From NCBI GenBank assembly GCA_951406725.2, contig OX597815.1:143282001-143346000 (forward strand): a stretch of 64,000 bases of DNA. Direction: 5' to 3'. The position numbers and the translations under genes were made by a program. Of this stretch, positions 38,041 through 52,142 are shown piece by piece (the stretch's first letter is position 1; each line of letters opens with the position of its first letter). The notes beneath the pieces were generated by a model, which was given only the letters and a program-made list of their open reading frames with translations, was not told the origin of the DNA and ran no database searches. Source of the stretch: Octopus vulgaris (taxonomy: Eukaryota).

Positions 38041-39808
38041 TAATAAAAATAATGGAGATTACAGCCTCCTATAACTCATTTTGGTCATGTAAATTCACAT
38101 GTCATCTGACACCATCAAATAGGTTACCTCCCCATGTGGTAACTTTTGTCTGCTTTCCATGCTGGCATGAGTTGGATGGTTTGACTAAGGACTGGTAAGC
38201 CAGTAGGCTGCACCAAGCTCCAATCTAATCTGGCAAGGTTTCTACAGCTAGATGCCCAACCACTCCAAGAGTGTAGTGGGTGCTTTTTACATGCCACCAG
38301 CACGGGAGGCAGTCAGGGGGCACTAGCATCAAAAGACAACTAACTGATACTAACATCTTATCTGTCCTACCATATGTAGTATTCAATGTAAAGAGCTGAT
38401 GTCACTGAAATATCCTGCAGAATACAAAGTGACACCAACATGTAGAACTATCAATAAAGTAACTGATGACACTATGATAGCAAAAATAACCATGAAGTCA
38501 TTCTAAATTTCTTTCAAATTCTTTTCTCTTTCTGATAATGTGGACATCTGATGATGTGGATGTCTCCTATACCCATGAAACTTTAAGTAATGTTGAGCTG
38601 TGTCAAAATGTCATTGCATATGTGCAAGTGTGTGTTGCTAGACATATAGTTGTGTTTGTGGATATAGGTGTGTGTGGTGCATTTGAGGAAGAATTTTTCC
38701 CCTCTTCCCCATTTCCCAAATACCTTCACTTGATACTTTTAAAAATTTAGAATACTCAGAATCTTTTATTATATATTTTTGTAATGATTAAAATATAGAA
38801 GCCAAGAGTCTTACTTCTGGTGAAAAATCTCCAATTCAATGACAATAGTAAGCACTCTGCCATTATAAACTTTAAACGTAGTTTCTCATTGCTTCAACTA
38901 AAACATAGTTTGGCCATATAAATTTCCATGTGTGTAATATATGTGTGCATATATATGTATATGATCAATATCCACAATAATGATGATGATGGTATATATA
39001 TCATCATCATCATTTAATGTCTGCTTTCCATGCTGGCATGAGTTGGATGGTTTGACTAAGGACTGGTAAGCCAGTAGGCTGCACCAAGCTCCAATCTGAT
39101 CTGGCAAGGTTTCTACAGCTAGATGCCCAACCACTCCAAGAGTGTAGTGGGTGCTTTTTACATGCCACCAGCAAGGGAGGCAGTCAGGGGGCACTAGCAT
39201 CAACCACATTCGGATGGTGATTTTTATGGACCACCAGCATGGAGAACCAGTCAGGTGACACTGGCATCGATCATCCACGCTCATATATATCATCATTGTG
39301 GACACTGATCATATACATACATACATACATACATATATATATATATATATTACGGAGATGTACTTGCATAGCAAGTGACCTGATCTGATATTGTGTGCTG
39401 GAACAAAAATAATTGCAGCATGGAAGAAACACAAAAACCATTAGATTCACTTCAACATTTAAATTTAATTTGTCAAAATATTGTCGTCGCTTTGAGATCG
39501 CGACCTGTTCACTGACAAAATTCTGTGCTGCATCTGAGAAAGTAACAGTTAGTTCATGATATTTATGTATGTATGTATGTGTGTATGTGCGTATGTATGT
39601 ATGTGTGTACATGTATGTGCGCATGTATGTATGTAAGTATGTACATATGTACTTATGTATGTGAGTATATAGGAGAGTGTGTAGACGTGTTTGGGTGTGT
39701 GTACATGTGAGCGTATGTTTATGTACTGATATGTGACAGTTCAAGTTGTATACATGACTGTTACTTTGTTGAAGGTTGTATATATACACCCATATACATG
39801 TATATAGT

Positions 39809-39839
<31 letters not shown>

Positions 39840-42441
39840 GTGTGTATGCGTTTGTCCCTCTCACCACTGTCTGAACACGTTTGACCGTAGATCTGTTGTA
39901 TCTAGGCTGACCTGTGTACTAAAAAGCAAGGAAGGACACATTAGAAGGTGCACATCTAGAGAAACTATGCCTGAATAGAATGCTTTCATATCATAACAGG
40001 TACAGCTATGATCATAGGTCTGCTTGATTAGAGATGACCAAAGGTTTAACAACAATAATATAACAATAAAATTAAGACCAAACACTTTTTAATTTTCCTC
40101 AATTTAATTTATTATCACATCTTTGTATACTTTCTTTTCATGCAAAAAAAAAAACAAAAAATTCAAGAGATACAGAAAAGCTGCTCTGATTGGTCATTTG
40201 CAGGGTGACGTTGCAATGGGTACATAACTCTTGAGAGCTGGCAGCAGAGGGCAGCACTCTACTGCTAGCCATTTTTTTAACCTTTACAGCATCACATCTT
40301 TTCACTGATTATAATCTTTTTTTTAACTTTTTTCTTTATATTTTCTTTTTAATTTTGTGAAATATTTCAGAATAACAAACAACTTGAGAGGCTTTGTGTG
40401 TGCATGTGTATTTGTGTGTGTGTGTGTGTGTGTGCTTGTGTGCACACGCATACATAATTCTAAATACCCCTTTCTATCTATCTGGTCAAGACTACAAATC
40501 TAAAATATATATACACAGGATTTACGTGTGTATATACATTGATTTATGAGTGTGTATGTATGAGTACAAACACGTGTGTGTGTGTGTAAAGGTGAAACTC
40601 TGTGTTTAGGATAAAGTACTCAATACATAAAGAAGAGTAAATATTTTATTAGAAGTTGAAATTTCTGGAAGTGTAGCACTGAGTGTGATGTTACTTATTA
40701 TTCAAATGATGGAAGTAAGAAAACAGTATGATGATGATATATAAGCAAAAATATTTGCAAACATTGAGATTCTATAGCTGAAGCCAACCTTAAGAAAATG
40801 AATCACCCATTCAGTTATAATGCAAATAACACATGGCATTGCCATCTGTTACTGTGCAAAAACACATTTTGTTTCCCCATGTTCAGTATCATATGTATAA
40901 ATCACATACAAACAAGAAAGTTGGTCATTGATAACAATGTTTTAGTATTAATGAACATCTTTTCTTATTTATATATCTATATTTCAGAGCATGACAAATT
41001 CTTTCTTTAGGAAATAAACGACTTTGCTAGTTGGTAATTAGTAAATTACTTGATAACATAAACGATTCCAAGCTTAATCTCTGTTGAGGAATTCTTTAAC
41101 CATGCTGCTCATTAGTACAACAATGCAGTATAACTTCAAATATACAATATATTATACACAGTACAATGCTAATATCAAAAAATGCAAAAATTGGAAACTA
41201 AATATTTTAAGGTTTAATCCTCTCTATAGTTTAAATGTTCATTCTCTTGTTGCACAAACTGTCCTAAACCTTGCAAAAAAAAAAAAACTATGTCCTTATA
41301 GAACATTTGGTTGAGTTCCAGTTGCACTGCTGCTTCTATAGTCAATATGAACAGAAGAAACATTTCCAGCATGAACACACAAAATTTTTCTTAATGTAAT
41401 TTCATTATCTGCTAATTCAGTGCTATATGTTTTTCTATAGCATTAGTTTATCAAGCTAAGGATTTATTTACAGGTAATTGATACAAAAAAGCAATATAGA
41501 GCTTACTGAAAATCTCTTTTAGAAAAGATTCTGAATGGATACATTCAGGTACTCAAATAGATGTCTTGTTCAAATATATCTGGAGTTTAAAGGATGATAC
41601 ATTTAACAATTATAAAACCAAGTGGTTCATTATAGAACACACATCCTACAATAATAATCCTTTCTACTATAGGCAGAAGGCTTGAAATTTTAGGGAAGGG
41701 GGCTAATTGATTAACTGGTACTTATTTCATTGACCCCGAAAGGATGGAAGGCAAAGTTGACTTTGGCAGAATATGAACTCAGATCATAAAGACGGACAAA
41801 AAGCCACAAAACATTTTGCCCGGCATGCTAACAGTTCTGCCAGCCCTAGGTCCTATTATAATAATGATACCAGAAAGTGTGATCTCTGTCTTTTACAGAA
41901 AGATAACAATCTATTATAGATTTTGAAATTTTTAACAAAAGATCAGAATCTGTGAATTCTTGCACAGATGCTTCCTTTGATATTCATTGGGGAATTGACT
42001 ACAACAAACTAGCTAAATTATTTATTTACTTCCTACATAATGGATTTTTCCATATTCTGAAAGATAGATTATAAAAATATTCATGAACAATATAAATTTA
42101 TTAACAACAGCCACCACGCTAGCTCATGTGAATTTTATACATATGAGCCTGAAGGTATGAGATATCATATCACTCGACGAAACTGTGTGTTCTTCAAATA
42201 AAAATTGAAAAGATGAATGTGTGACACATTTTGAAATGTTCTTCCTCAGCAACTAATCAAATATGTATGTACTGTTGCCAAATCATATTTCAATGCTTCT
42301 AATAAAAATACAATGGAAGTGATTCCTTCTCCTTTTCTTCTGATTTGCTCCTCTTCCTCCAGTTCTTGAAATTACTGAGCACTGTTACTTATACTAATAA
42401 GAGATCACATTTATTTTATATATATATATATATATATATAG

Positions 42442-42600
42442 ACGCAGATGTGGCTGTGTGACAAGTAGCTTGCTTACCAACCACATGGTTCCAGTTTCAG
42501 TCCCACTGCGTGGTACCTTGGGCAAGTATCTTCTACTATAGCCTTGGGCCAACCAAAGCCATGTAAGTAGATTTGGTAGACAGAAACTGAAAGAAGCCCG

Positions 42601-42635
<35 letters not shown>

Positions 42636-42855
42636 CACATATATGTTTGTGTATCTGTGTGTATCCCCCCCATCATCACTTGACAACTGATGTTGGTGTG
42701 TTTACGTCCCTGTAACTTAGCGGTTCAGCAAAAGAGCCCGATAGAATAAGTACCAGGCTTACAGAGAATAAGTCCTGGGGTCGATTTGTTCGACTAAAGG
42801 CGGTGCTCCAGCATGGCCGCAGTCAAATGACTGAAACAAATAAAAGAATAAAAGA
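42442..42855 (+). mobile_element. Full copy of the (CA/TA)n-spacer SINE family
   Basis: Reverse complement of 21148-21547; ends in a (taaaagaa)n-type tail. Confidence 0.85.
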
Positions 42856-45224
42856 ATATATATATATACACACACACCACACACATATATGTACATACAC
42901 ATATATTTGTATATACACTTATATACATAAACATATATACATATACTCACACGCACTTATACGTATATACATATATACCTACACATGCATATATGCGTAT
43001 ATGTATGCCTGTATATGTATATGTGAGTGTTATTTAATGTTCTTACCCTTATTTTTGTTAATATCTCTTTCCTTGATTCTCTCACCTTCTGAAAACTATT
43101 TCATTCCACCCATTGTTTGTCTTATCATCTTCTTTATTGATTTATTTAATTAATTAATTAGCATAATTCATTGATTAATTGTTTGTATCAGCATGATTTA
43201 AGATTGTGATTACACTGTAGCCTCTGCACATTTTCATGTAATGAATATTTAAACCGAGTCAATTGATTAAAATCGTCACAGTGGCTTGTACTCTTCAGAA
43301 TATCAAGTACTCCACAAACACCCACACACACACACATGCATATAGAGATATGTGTGTGTTTGTGTGTATGCATATGTATATGTATGTGTGCATGCGTGTG
43401 TATACTTTGGGTAAACAAATAGGAGAAAAAGTACTTGACAGATGTCAGAGTTTTTTTTTTTTCTAAAGCTGATGTTTAACTCAGCTGCTGCTCAGAGTTT
43501 CTTACCACATGCAATACTTCAGGTGATAAAGCAATCAATGTTTTTTTAGTTAATTCTTTTATTTTTTTTTTTTTTTCATTTTCATTTTGGGCACCTGAAA
43601 GAGGCATATAGCTGAAACTTCTAAGTAGCAACAGAGTAAACCATTTGCTTTGAACAGATATATATATATGCACACACATACATACATACATATATGTGTG
43701 TATAAATACACATTTTTAGATGCACATGGGGAATGACAGGGTGAAATAAATGTATTTTGTGTGTGTACACAAACACACACACATTTATGTATGCAGGCAC
43801 ACTTATACAAACACACACACTAGTGTATATAGGTGGTAGTGTGGAACTATGAAGTTTGTTTTGTTTCTGTTTTTTTCTTTGTTTTTTTTTTTTTATTTCT
43901 GTCTGAGTGTAGAATGGTACCAGAAACATACGAAAGACAGTTGTGGCAGCCCCTTTTGTCAGTCAACTGTTGCCCATATACTGTTTGTCTCTTGACTGAA
44001 ATGAATCTCATCAGAAAACCATCCCTCCAAAAACTGTTCTAAACATGGAATATATATAGAGATTTGTCTTTTACAGATTTAATATTTTAGCGAGAAAAAA
44101 AAAAACAAAAAAAAACTCTACTTTCACAAATTTGAAACTTCATCTGAAACTTGGTATTTCAGATGAACTTTTGAATTAGTGAAAATGGAGTTTTTTTGCT
44201 AAAATATTATATCTGTAAGATATCATCATTTGCTCTATAGTAGTTTATCTCATAGAAAATTTTCTGGCTCTTTGGATTTTTTGTCTCTTTTGACCATTGA
44301 TTCAAGAATTTATATATATATATATAAATGTGTGTATGTAATGTTTAACACCTATTTATTGTTCCATGTATCTATATCTATCTGTAACATCATGCCACAC
44401 TGCTGAACTATATTCATGCAATTTCTCTCGGGTTAAGACACTCAAATCTTTAACCTAAGTAACTTGCCTCAACTATAACATTAATTATAAAATAATTGTA
44501 TTAAAGATGTGTGATGAGTAGTGGATTAGCACCTCTTACTGTGTTGCATTATCCAGTCAGTGGAGAGACACATAACTAGAGGAAGATTGTGTAGTGAATG
44601 GTCAGTTTGAAAAGTTACGTTTTGGGGAGAGGGTTGTATGGACAATAGTTGTTATTGTTGTTTAGCACCAGCTCTGCCCAAATCCATCAATGATCCGATA
44701 CATTCCAAAAGTGATCATCCAGTCATTTTATATATTAGGTATTAGATTACCTAAATAAGTCCATTATTTAAGAGGGTAGGGTGTGGTTGAAGGAGATTTA
44801 GCTGCTTTTCTAGCAGGTTGAGTAATTTCATTGTGGCTCCTTCATAGGGTCCAGAAAGTCGGGATTTAGAGGAAAAGGCTCTCGTCTTTTGCAGGGAGTT
44901 GCTGTAAAGTAAATGTTTGGGTATACTCTTGGAAGTATCGCAGAAATGGTCCAGCAGTAACACTGTTAAATGGCACAATGAACAACAACAGAGGACGAAA
45001 CCTAATTAGTGACCCCCTTTGTTTTATTATTTAGGGTTCTAATTATAGAGAATAGAACAGCTTGTCAGTATATACTACAGCCGCATGGTAGTTACTTGTC
45101 TATAATTGCAGATCATTATCTCACCACAGAATAGATGCTTTGGTGAAGAATGGAGTTTCAAGTAGAGACAAGATCTTTATCTCTCTACACACTGGAATAC
45201 TGGAGTTATCACCACTATTACAAT

Positions 45225-45264
<40 letters not shown>

Positions 45265-45876
45265 CACTCATGCACACACATAAATATATATATACATATA
45301 TATATATATATTAATGGATCTTGATCAGAATTTCTGACAATGAGTAACGGGTTTTCAGTTGTTCACTCAACTGAATTAGCATGTAAGTGGCTGAATATCC
45401 CATGGTTATATTTATCTCAAAAGTAATTCTCCAGCATAATCAGTGTGACAAGGTTGGATCATTGACTTACCGATACAGACCATCCCAAGTTCACTCACAA
45501 GGCACAGATCAATCCGAGATGCTTGCCCAAGATACCACGCAGTGGGATCAAACCCTGGACCTTGTAATTGGGAAGCAATATACATATACCCCTACACACA
45601 TATGTATGTATCTTTCACTCTGTGTGTGCATGTGTGTGTGTATGTGTGTGTGTGTATAAGTATGTATATATATGTATTTTTCATCTTAGTCACTTAGACC
45701 TCTCCAGACCCTTGATCCTTTGATGTCTGTTGTCAACAGAACCACAACTACCCTCTTCAGTCAAATTCTCTGTTTGCTGCTTTTGAGAGAGGTAGCACTG
45801 CATCTTCACAGACCTGCAAGATCCACCTGGCATATATATAGGCACATATACACTCATGTACACATACATATATATA

Positions 45877-45909
<33 letters not shown>

Positions 45910-46170
45910 GATGTTGGCACCATGTTGCTTTTAACAGAATGGGTGACAGAGGAATAGATTGCATGTTATACATGAGTGTCACATTGTGAAAGATAAAACC
46001 TGTGCCTAGAAGAGAGAGTATATGATTGTGTGAGCACATGTGTGTGCATGTGTATATATGTGTGTGTGTGTGAGTGTGTGCATGCACATGCATGTACATA
46101 TGCATGTATAAGTGTATATATCTTTTGTGTATGCCTTAAGATACATCTTAAATCTATTTATCCTGTGGTT

Positions 46171-46461
46171 CTATACTTGGTCTTTCACGGAAGCAATCTT
46201 AGTTTTTCTCGTTGGGGACGCCAAGCGTGATCGAACCCACTCCAATGCATGCATCAGTCGTTTGATATGCCGAGTGTCATGTACTACCCGCTGGACATCA
46301 TTATCTGTCATGGACAACAAGCGTTCCATTGAAGAGAATCCCATCTTGATGAGATGCTCACCATACATTGGCAGGCCAATGGAGATCAAAAAATCTCTCA
46401 ATGATGATATTTTCAGGTCACATGATGATAGGCAGGCTTTGGCCAATGATTCACTGGTCAT
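46171..46461 (-). CDS. SASH1: SASH1-like terminal coding exon, SAM domain 2 (SSLRDFLISIGLPMYGEHL...KDQV-stop)
   Basis: LISIGLPMY matches the C-terminal SAM of SASH1; acceptor ttctattacag; stop at 46171-46173. Confidence 0.9.
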   Translation of the reverse strand: MTSESLAKACLSSCDLKISSLRDFLISIGLPMYGEHLIKMGFSSMERLLSMTDNDVQRVVHDTRHIKRLMHALEWVRSRLASPTRKTKIASVKDQV

Positions 46462-46553
46462 CTGTAATAGAAAATATAAATATATAAGTGGTTTTGATGG
46501 TGGTAGTGGTGGAAAAAAAGATAATGTTAATCAACACAACCTCAGAACAAAGT

Positions 46554-46764
46554 TTAATCCTTTATCATTTAAATTAGCCAAAATATCCTACCTGTTTTAT
46601 TTTCAAACTGTCCAGATCCAGCCTCTCACATCTACCATACAATGCCATTCTAATAGTGAACAACTGAAACCTCAAAGCTAATGAGATAATACCTGATTAA
46701 TTCAAAACAATATGAATAAATAAGCATTATATTTGACAGAGTAACCTGTATGCTAAAGAGTTGA
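46554..46764. mobile_element. piggyBac-type MITE; inverted second copy at ~48556-48747
   Basis: TTAA-like ends with short TIR (ttaatccttta..tgctaaagagttga); homologous reverse copy ends gaatgctaaaggattaa. Confidence 0.6.
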
Positions 46765-47459
46765 TATAACCATTATAATTTTAATGTAACCTCTGTAATA
46801 CTGATACTCTCTCATGCATTGTAACATTGATGAAATTACTGCTTCACGCTATCTGATGTCAGTCTGCCCTCATGATTATCCTAACACATCTTCCTATCTG
46901 TCATAACACTATCTGTAATGAGCCCATCTTCACAGCTCAACCCTAACATATCAATGACATCTCACCCATCTTTTGTATCATCACAGACTCTGTGGTCACT
47001 CTCTCTTCACAACGAACCTTGACATATCTCCTTTATTTCTTGTGTTCTTACACCACCCATGGTGAGTCTGTTCTAACACCTAGCCTAAATATATCTTTCC
47101 ATCTCTAATATCATCATATTATCTGAAGTCTGTGTCCCCTCGACCCAAATAACTGAAGCCATCTACCCTATTGATATCTTAACACTGTAATACTGCATCC
47201 ATCCTGATAAAATTTCTACTAGAGTCATTAGCATCCACATACATTATTTCAGTTGAGGTTTGACTAATAATAAATACAGTCTGTGGAATGTCTTGACAAT
47301 AAACCCACAAAATATACATTCTTGATTTTCATACAATGCCATATTCTAACTCAATTCAGTTTACTAGTATGTGTTCTATAGCTTAAAAACAATTTTCTTC
47401 CTTTGATCAACTCTATAAACAATAGGCTAAGAATTAGTCATAAGCATATATGTAAGAAG

Positions 47460-47495
<36 letters not shown>

Positions 47496-48872
47496 AATAT
47501 ATACTAACTTTTACAGACAATATAGACTCTTATAAATAATATAGACTAACCAGGGCTATCATTTATGCAGATTTTGTTGCACTGCTTAACAATTCTGCAT
47601 CTGAACATATTTCAAAGCAGCTGAACCTCAAATATTTTCCAAAGTAAAATCAGCAAAAGCTTTTTTAAGAAAATCGTGACTGGCATAAAGTTATGACCAC
47701 TAGTTGTATGCATTAATATTTTATACATCAAGATTGATGGATAAACAATGAGTGAGAGATAAAATGCCTTGCAGTATTTAGTTATGGCTCAATAGTCGAT
47801 TTTAATTCAATTCTGACATTGGTCAGTTTTACCTTTAATTCCACCAGGGTTGATGGAATAAAGTACCAATCAAGTATTTGATTGAATATGTTTGTAATGT
47901 TTTCCTTCTCGAGCCATGCCTAGCTCATAAGGGCCGGTTTCCTGGTTTCTTGGCGTATGGGTTCCTCACCTGAACGGGACGCCGATCCATCACAGGTGAG
48001 ATGCAGGATGAAAGAGTGAGAGAAAGTTGTGGCGAAAGAGTCAGCAGAAGTTCGCCATTACCTTCTGCTGGAGCCGTGTGGAGCTTAGGTGTTTTCACTC
48101 ATAAACACACACATCGCCCGGTCTGAGATTCGACCGCGAGTCCGCTCTCTAACCACTAGGCCATGTGCCTCCACTGATTGAATATACCCTACCCTATATT
48201 TGAGGTTATGTGCCCATGAGAGAAATCAATATTTAGCATATCATAAGCCATAATTTTAATCCTTAAGACATCTTAGATCATAAGTCTTATTTGTTTTTTG
48301 TGTCAGTCATTGGACTGTGGCTGTGCTGGGCAAGACATCATAAGTCTTCAATTAATCACGAAACAACAATCATCCAACCATCTGACACAACACCAAAATG
48401 TTCTTAAAACTTGACTTCATATAACCAGTTTCTCCTCCCAAGAATAATATTTCTTACATAGGTCACAGATTCAAACATTAATATTTGACAGAAAACCTCA
48501 CTAATTTATGAGAAGGTTTAATTAATATGTTCATCTACTGTAATTAATCACACGTAATGCTTATTTATTCACATTATTTTGAATTAATCATGCATTACCT
48601 TACAACTTTGAGATTTCAATGCAGTGTTTCTATATTTTTAGAATGACATTGTAGGGTTGGTGTGAGAGGCCACATCTGGCCAGTTTGAATATAAAACAGG
48701 TAGAATATTTGGGCCAGATATAGCCAATTTGAATGCTAAAGGATTAACTGACAAGCAGTCTTTTAGTTAACCATTCTATATTCAAATTTCAACCAAGGTT
48801 ACGTTATGCTCCCTCTGCTACCACCACCTAAATCCAAGTCATTAAAACAGAGAGAAATAGGTGAATACTCAC

Positions 48873-49004
48873 TCCTTCCCTTCCATATGACAGGAGTTGA
48901 GAAATTCTCACTTGCTCCATGACAGCAGCAATTCCCCAAACATCATGTCGCAGTTCCTCAGCATAGCGTTGCACCAACAGCGGTGGGATGCCACAGTAAC
49001 CATT
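48873..49004 (-). CDS. SASH1: SASH1-like exon (NGYCGIPPLLVQRYAEELRHDVWGIAAVMEQVRISQLLSYGREG)
   Basis: Resembles SASH1 HGRCGIPEALVQRYAEDL...MDQIRVKQL; canonical splice sites, 132 nt, phase 0-0. Confidence 0.92.
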
Positions 49005-49191
49005 CTGAAACAGAGGCAATAGTGACTATGTTAATATTTACCTGTAGAATTCTTATGCATATTTAGAGCCAAGTATATATATATATAACATGTTTACATA
49101 CTTATATTCTCGCAAACACAACACAACACACACACAAACACAATGTTCTGCTTACTGAAGGTATTGATAAAAACAGAAAGTGTTGTATTAC

Positions 49192-50372
49192 CTTGTCACT
49201 GTAAGGCTCTAAGGAAAGATCAATCTTCTCATCAGATAGCTTGGCCTTCACTAGTGGAATTAAAGATCGACTGGGGGGTTTTGGTGGCCGTGGAATAGTA
49301 CGATTTGGGGAATCTTTGCTGCCATAATAACTTCCTTCAATAGTTCTTCCCAAAGTTCCAGGGAAATATATTTGATTGGGGATGTTATCTCCTTCGAGAA
49401 ACATTGGTGGTTTACTTCCATAAATCAGCTTTTGTGTTCTCAGATGGTTCTCATTAACACTGTTACCTTTTTTACGGAAAGGGTCCATTTGTGTGCTCAC
49501 ATCCCTTTTGACCATTGGGGATGAAGACAAAGAATCTGAAAGTATGATGTGATAGGATGGAGATACCACTCTATCCATCATCACCAAACTTCCATTTGTC
49601 TTAGCAGAACATAGTTTGCTGGCTGATTTTCTCAGTGAAACAGGCTTTGAGTTCCTGTGGGGCGAAATGTCAGAGAGGTCACTCTGCGTTCCATCGGATC
49701 CCTCCGATCCACAACTGCGTATCGGCGTCTTGCTGTCAACAATAGCCACATTGATCGGGCCATGCTGCTCGTGCTTCTTACTAAGATGATGTAACATTGG
49801 GCTGACATGGCTGCATTCTGCTGTCATGTTACAGAAAGAACTGGAATGTGAGATATATCCATTGGCAATACTTTCCTGTGCAGACTGCTGGGCACTTGAA
49901 CAGCGCTGGACTCTAGTGAGAGGTGTGGCTTTCTTTGGAGAAGCCCGAATCTCTTTCTGAGCAAATCCATCTGTAATTTCACATACCTCTCGGTCCTCGG
50001 CAGATAATTCGAGATCACTGATTTCATAGTTGGTACTGGGTTCTGTCTGTCCAGCCGTTTGACAAGCAATGCTTTTCTGTGGCTGGCTTTCATCTTTGTT
50101 TGTTACATCTGTCTCCGATATACTGTTGTCAGTAGCAGACTGACCCAACATTTTCTTCTTATGAATATCTTCATCAGAAGGACGAGCAGATTGCTGACCT
50201 TTGTGGAGTGAATTGTCACTACTAGCATAGAAGCCTGAGTCCCTACTCATGGGCTGAATGGGCATTGGAGGGGGTGGTTCAGTGTTAAATAAGGTTGGGG
50301 GTGACAGACTAGAGGGGGTGTCAGCTGGAGTGTTGCCATCACATTTAGCTGGGACATCAAGAATATCAGGGG
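49192..50372 (-). CDS. SASH1: SASH1-like large exon: RDSGFYASS motif, Ser/Pro-rich disordered region, KIDLSLEPYSDK
   Basis: 1181-nt open exon containing the 49102..50265 ORF; SRDSGFYASS resembles SASH1 PRDSGCYESS and IDLSLEPYSDK resembles IDLTEEPYSDK; acceptor tttttctctcatttcag, donor AAG|GTAATA; phase 1 to 0. Confidence 0.9.
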
Positions 50373-50569
50373 CTGAAATGAGAGAAAAATAAAAACAATG
50401 TCAGAATACCAAGAAGAATAAATGTGTTAGGAACAATTTCAGAAAATAAAAATAGTGGTGATGGTGATGGTGGTGGTAGTGGTGTCATGGTGGCAGCTGC
50501 AATATGGTGGTGGTTGTAGTAGAGTTCAATGTAATTGGGAGGCAGTGGACATAGGGGCAGTTGTGGTAG

Positions 50570-52106
50570 ATACAAAATAAGCGCAACTATGCCTCCCCTG
50601 GTCTCGATGGAGTTACATACCTGCTTCTCAAACGTGGCAGGCACTTCCTTTTACACCAGCTTTCTATTTTCTTCCAGTACTGTCTCAACAATGGTGCTAC
50701 TCCGGAGCAGTGGAAAACTGCCAGTGTCATTCCTCTGTTCAAAAAGGGCGACCGCACATCACCTGTCAACTATCGCCCAGTCAGTCTCACTAGCTGTATT
50801 GCAAAACTGATGGAATCGTGTGTCAGAGAAACACTCTGGAACTTCTGGAGCTCTCACAGTCTCATCCGACCCTCACAATATGGATTTGTCCCTAACTCCA
50901 GCTGCAGTGACCAGCTTGTCGAGTTCCTTGAGGACATTACTCAGATTACTGACAGTGGCTCATGGGTGGATGTTGTCTACCTTGACTTTGCTAAGGCTTT
51001 CAACTCTGTGCCACACAAAAGGCTTATGGTGAAACTCTCTGCAATGGGTGTGGGGGATGACCTTTTTAACTGGTTGAAATCCTTCATCCTCAGCCGAAAG
51101 GAGGTAGTCACAGTTCTAGGACAGCACTCTACACCATATGAGATGTCATCGGGTGTACCACAGGGATCTGTCCTTGGCCCCCTCTTGTTTGTGGCATACA
51201 TTAACGACATAGATGCCAATTTAAGGAATGCCACAGTATTGAAATATGCAGACGACATCAAGCTGTACCTTGAAATCAAGAGGACAGATCCTGATGTCTA
51301 CAACTCTTTCCTGCAATCAGACCTAGACACAATGCAGCAATGGATCACAGACTGGCAACTGAAACTGGCTGTGGACAAGTGTACCACCATGCATTTTGGG
51401 AGAAAAAACCCTGCGTTCACATACTCCCTCCACAACACTGATATCAAGAAATCCTCTTGCGAGCGTGACCTAGGCATCACTGTCAGCAGTGATTTGCGTT
51501 GGTCAAAGCATATCTCTAAGATTGTCAGGAAGGCCGAGGGTGTCTTGGCATCACTCAGCAGGTCTTTTGTTAGCCGCTCTCCAGCCATCTATTTAAAACT
51601 GTATACAGCTATGGTACGACCACACTTGGAATTCGCATCATCAGTTTGGAACCCCTATCTTGCACAGAACATTGACCTCCTGGAATCTGTCCAGAGACGT
51701 GCAACCAAACGCATACCCTCCATCAGACACCTACCATATTCTGAGCGCCTTGTTTCCCTGGGCATGGATTCACTGAAGCTCCGGCGTTTGGCGACGGACT
51801 TGGTAAACACCCACAAAGTTATCAACCACCTCACCAACAACAACACTGAACACCTTTTTGATCTCCATGTGTCTAACACACGTGGACATGCCTACAAAGT
51901 CAGAAAACAATACAGCTCCCATGACTTTCGGAAACATTTTTTCACGCTCAGAGTTGCTGAAGCATGGAATAAACTGCCTGCGTCAGTTGTTGACTGCCAT
52001 GACACTGCATCTTTTAAGGCCCTCATGCTTTCCGAAATCCGCCGAAACTTCACCTGATTATATATACACTTTAGATGAGTTGTAGTGCACCTGAGCACTG
52101 TACACA

Positions 52107-52140
<34 letters not shown>
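50570..52140 (+). mobile_element. 5'-truncated CR1-like LINE with uninterrupted RT frame, in a SASH1-like intron (antisense)
   Basis: Frame is open from ~50570 (SPGLDG, WKTASVIPLFKKG, NYRPVSLTS) through LDFAKAF, GVPQGSVLGP, YADD, RPHLEFAS to the stop at 52057; short 3' UTR and (TTA)n tail. Confidence 0.95.

Positions 52141-52142
<2 letters not shown>

Noticed and set aside
46112-46681. 189-aa + strand ORF
   Set aside because: Antisense shadow of the SASH1-like SAM2 exon plus MITE sequence.
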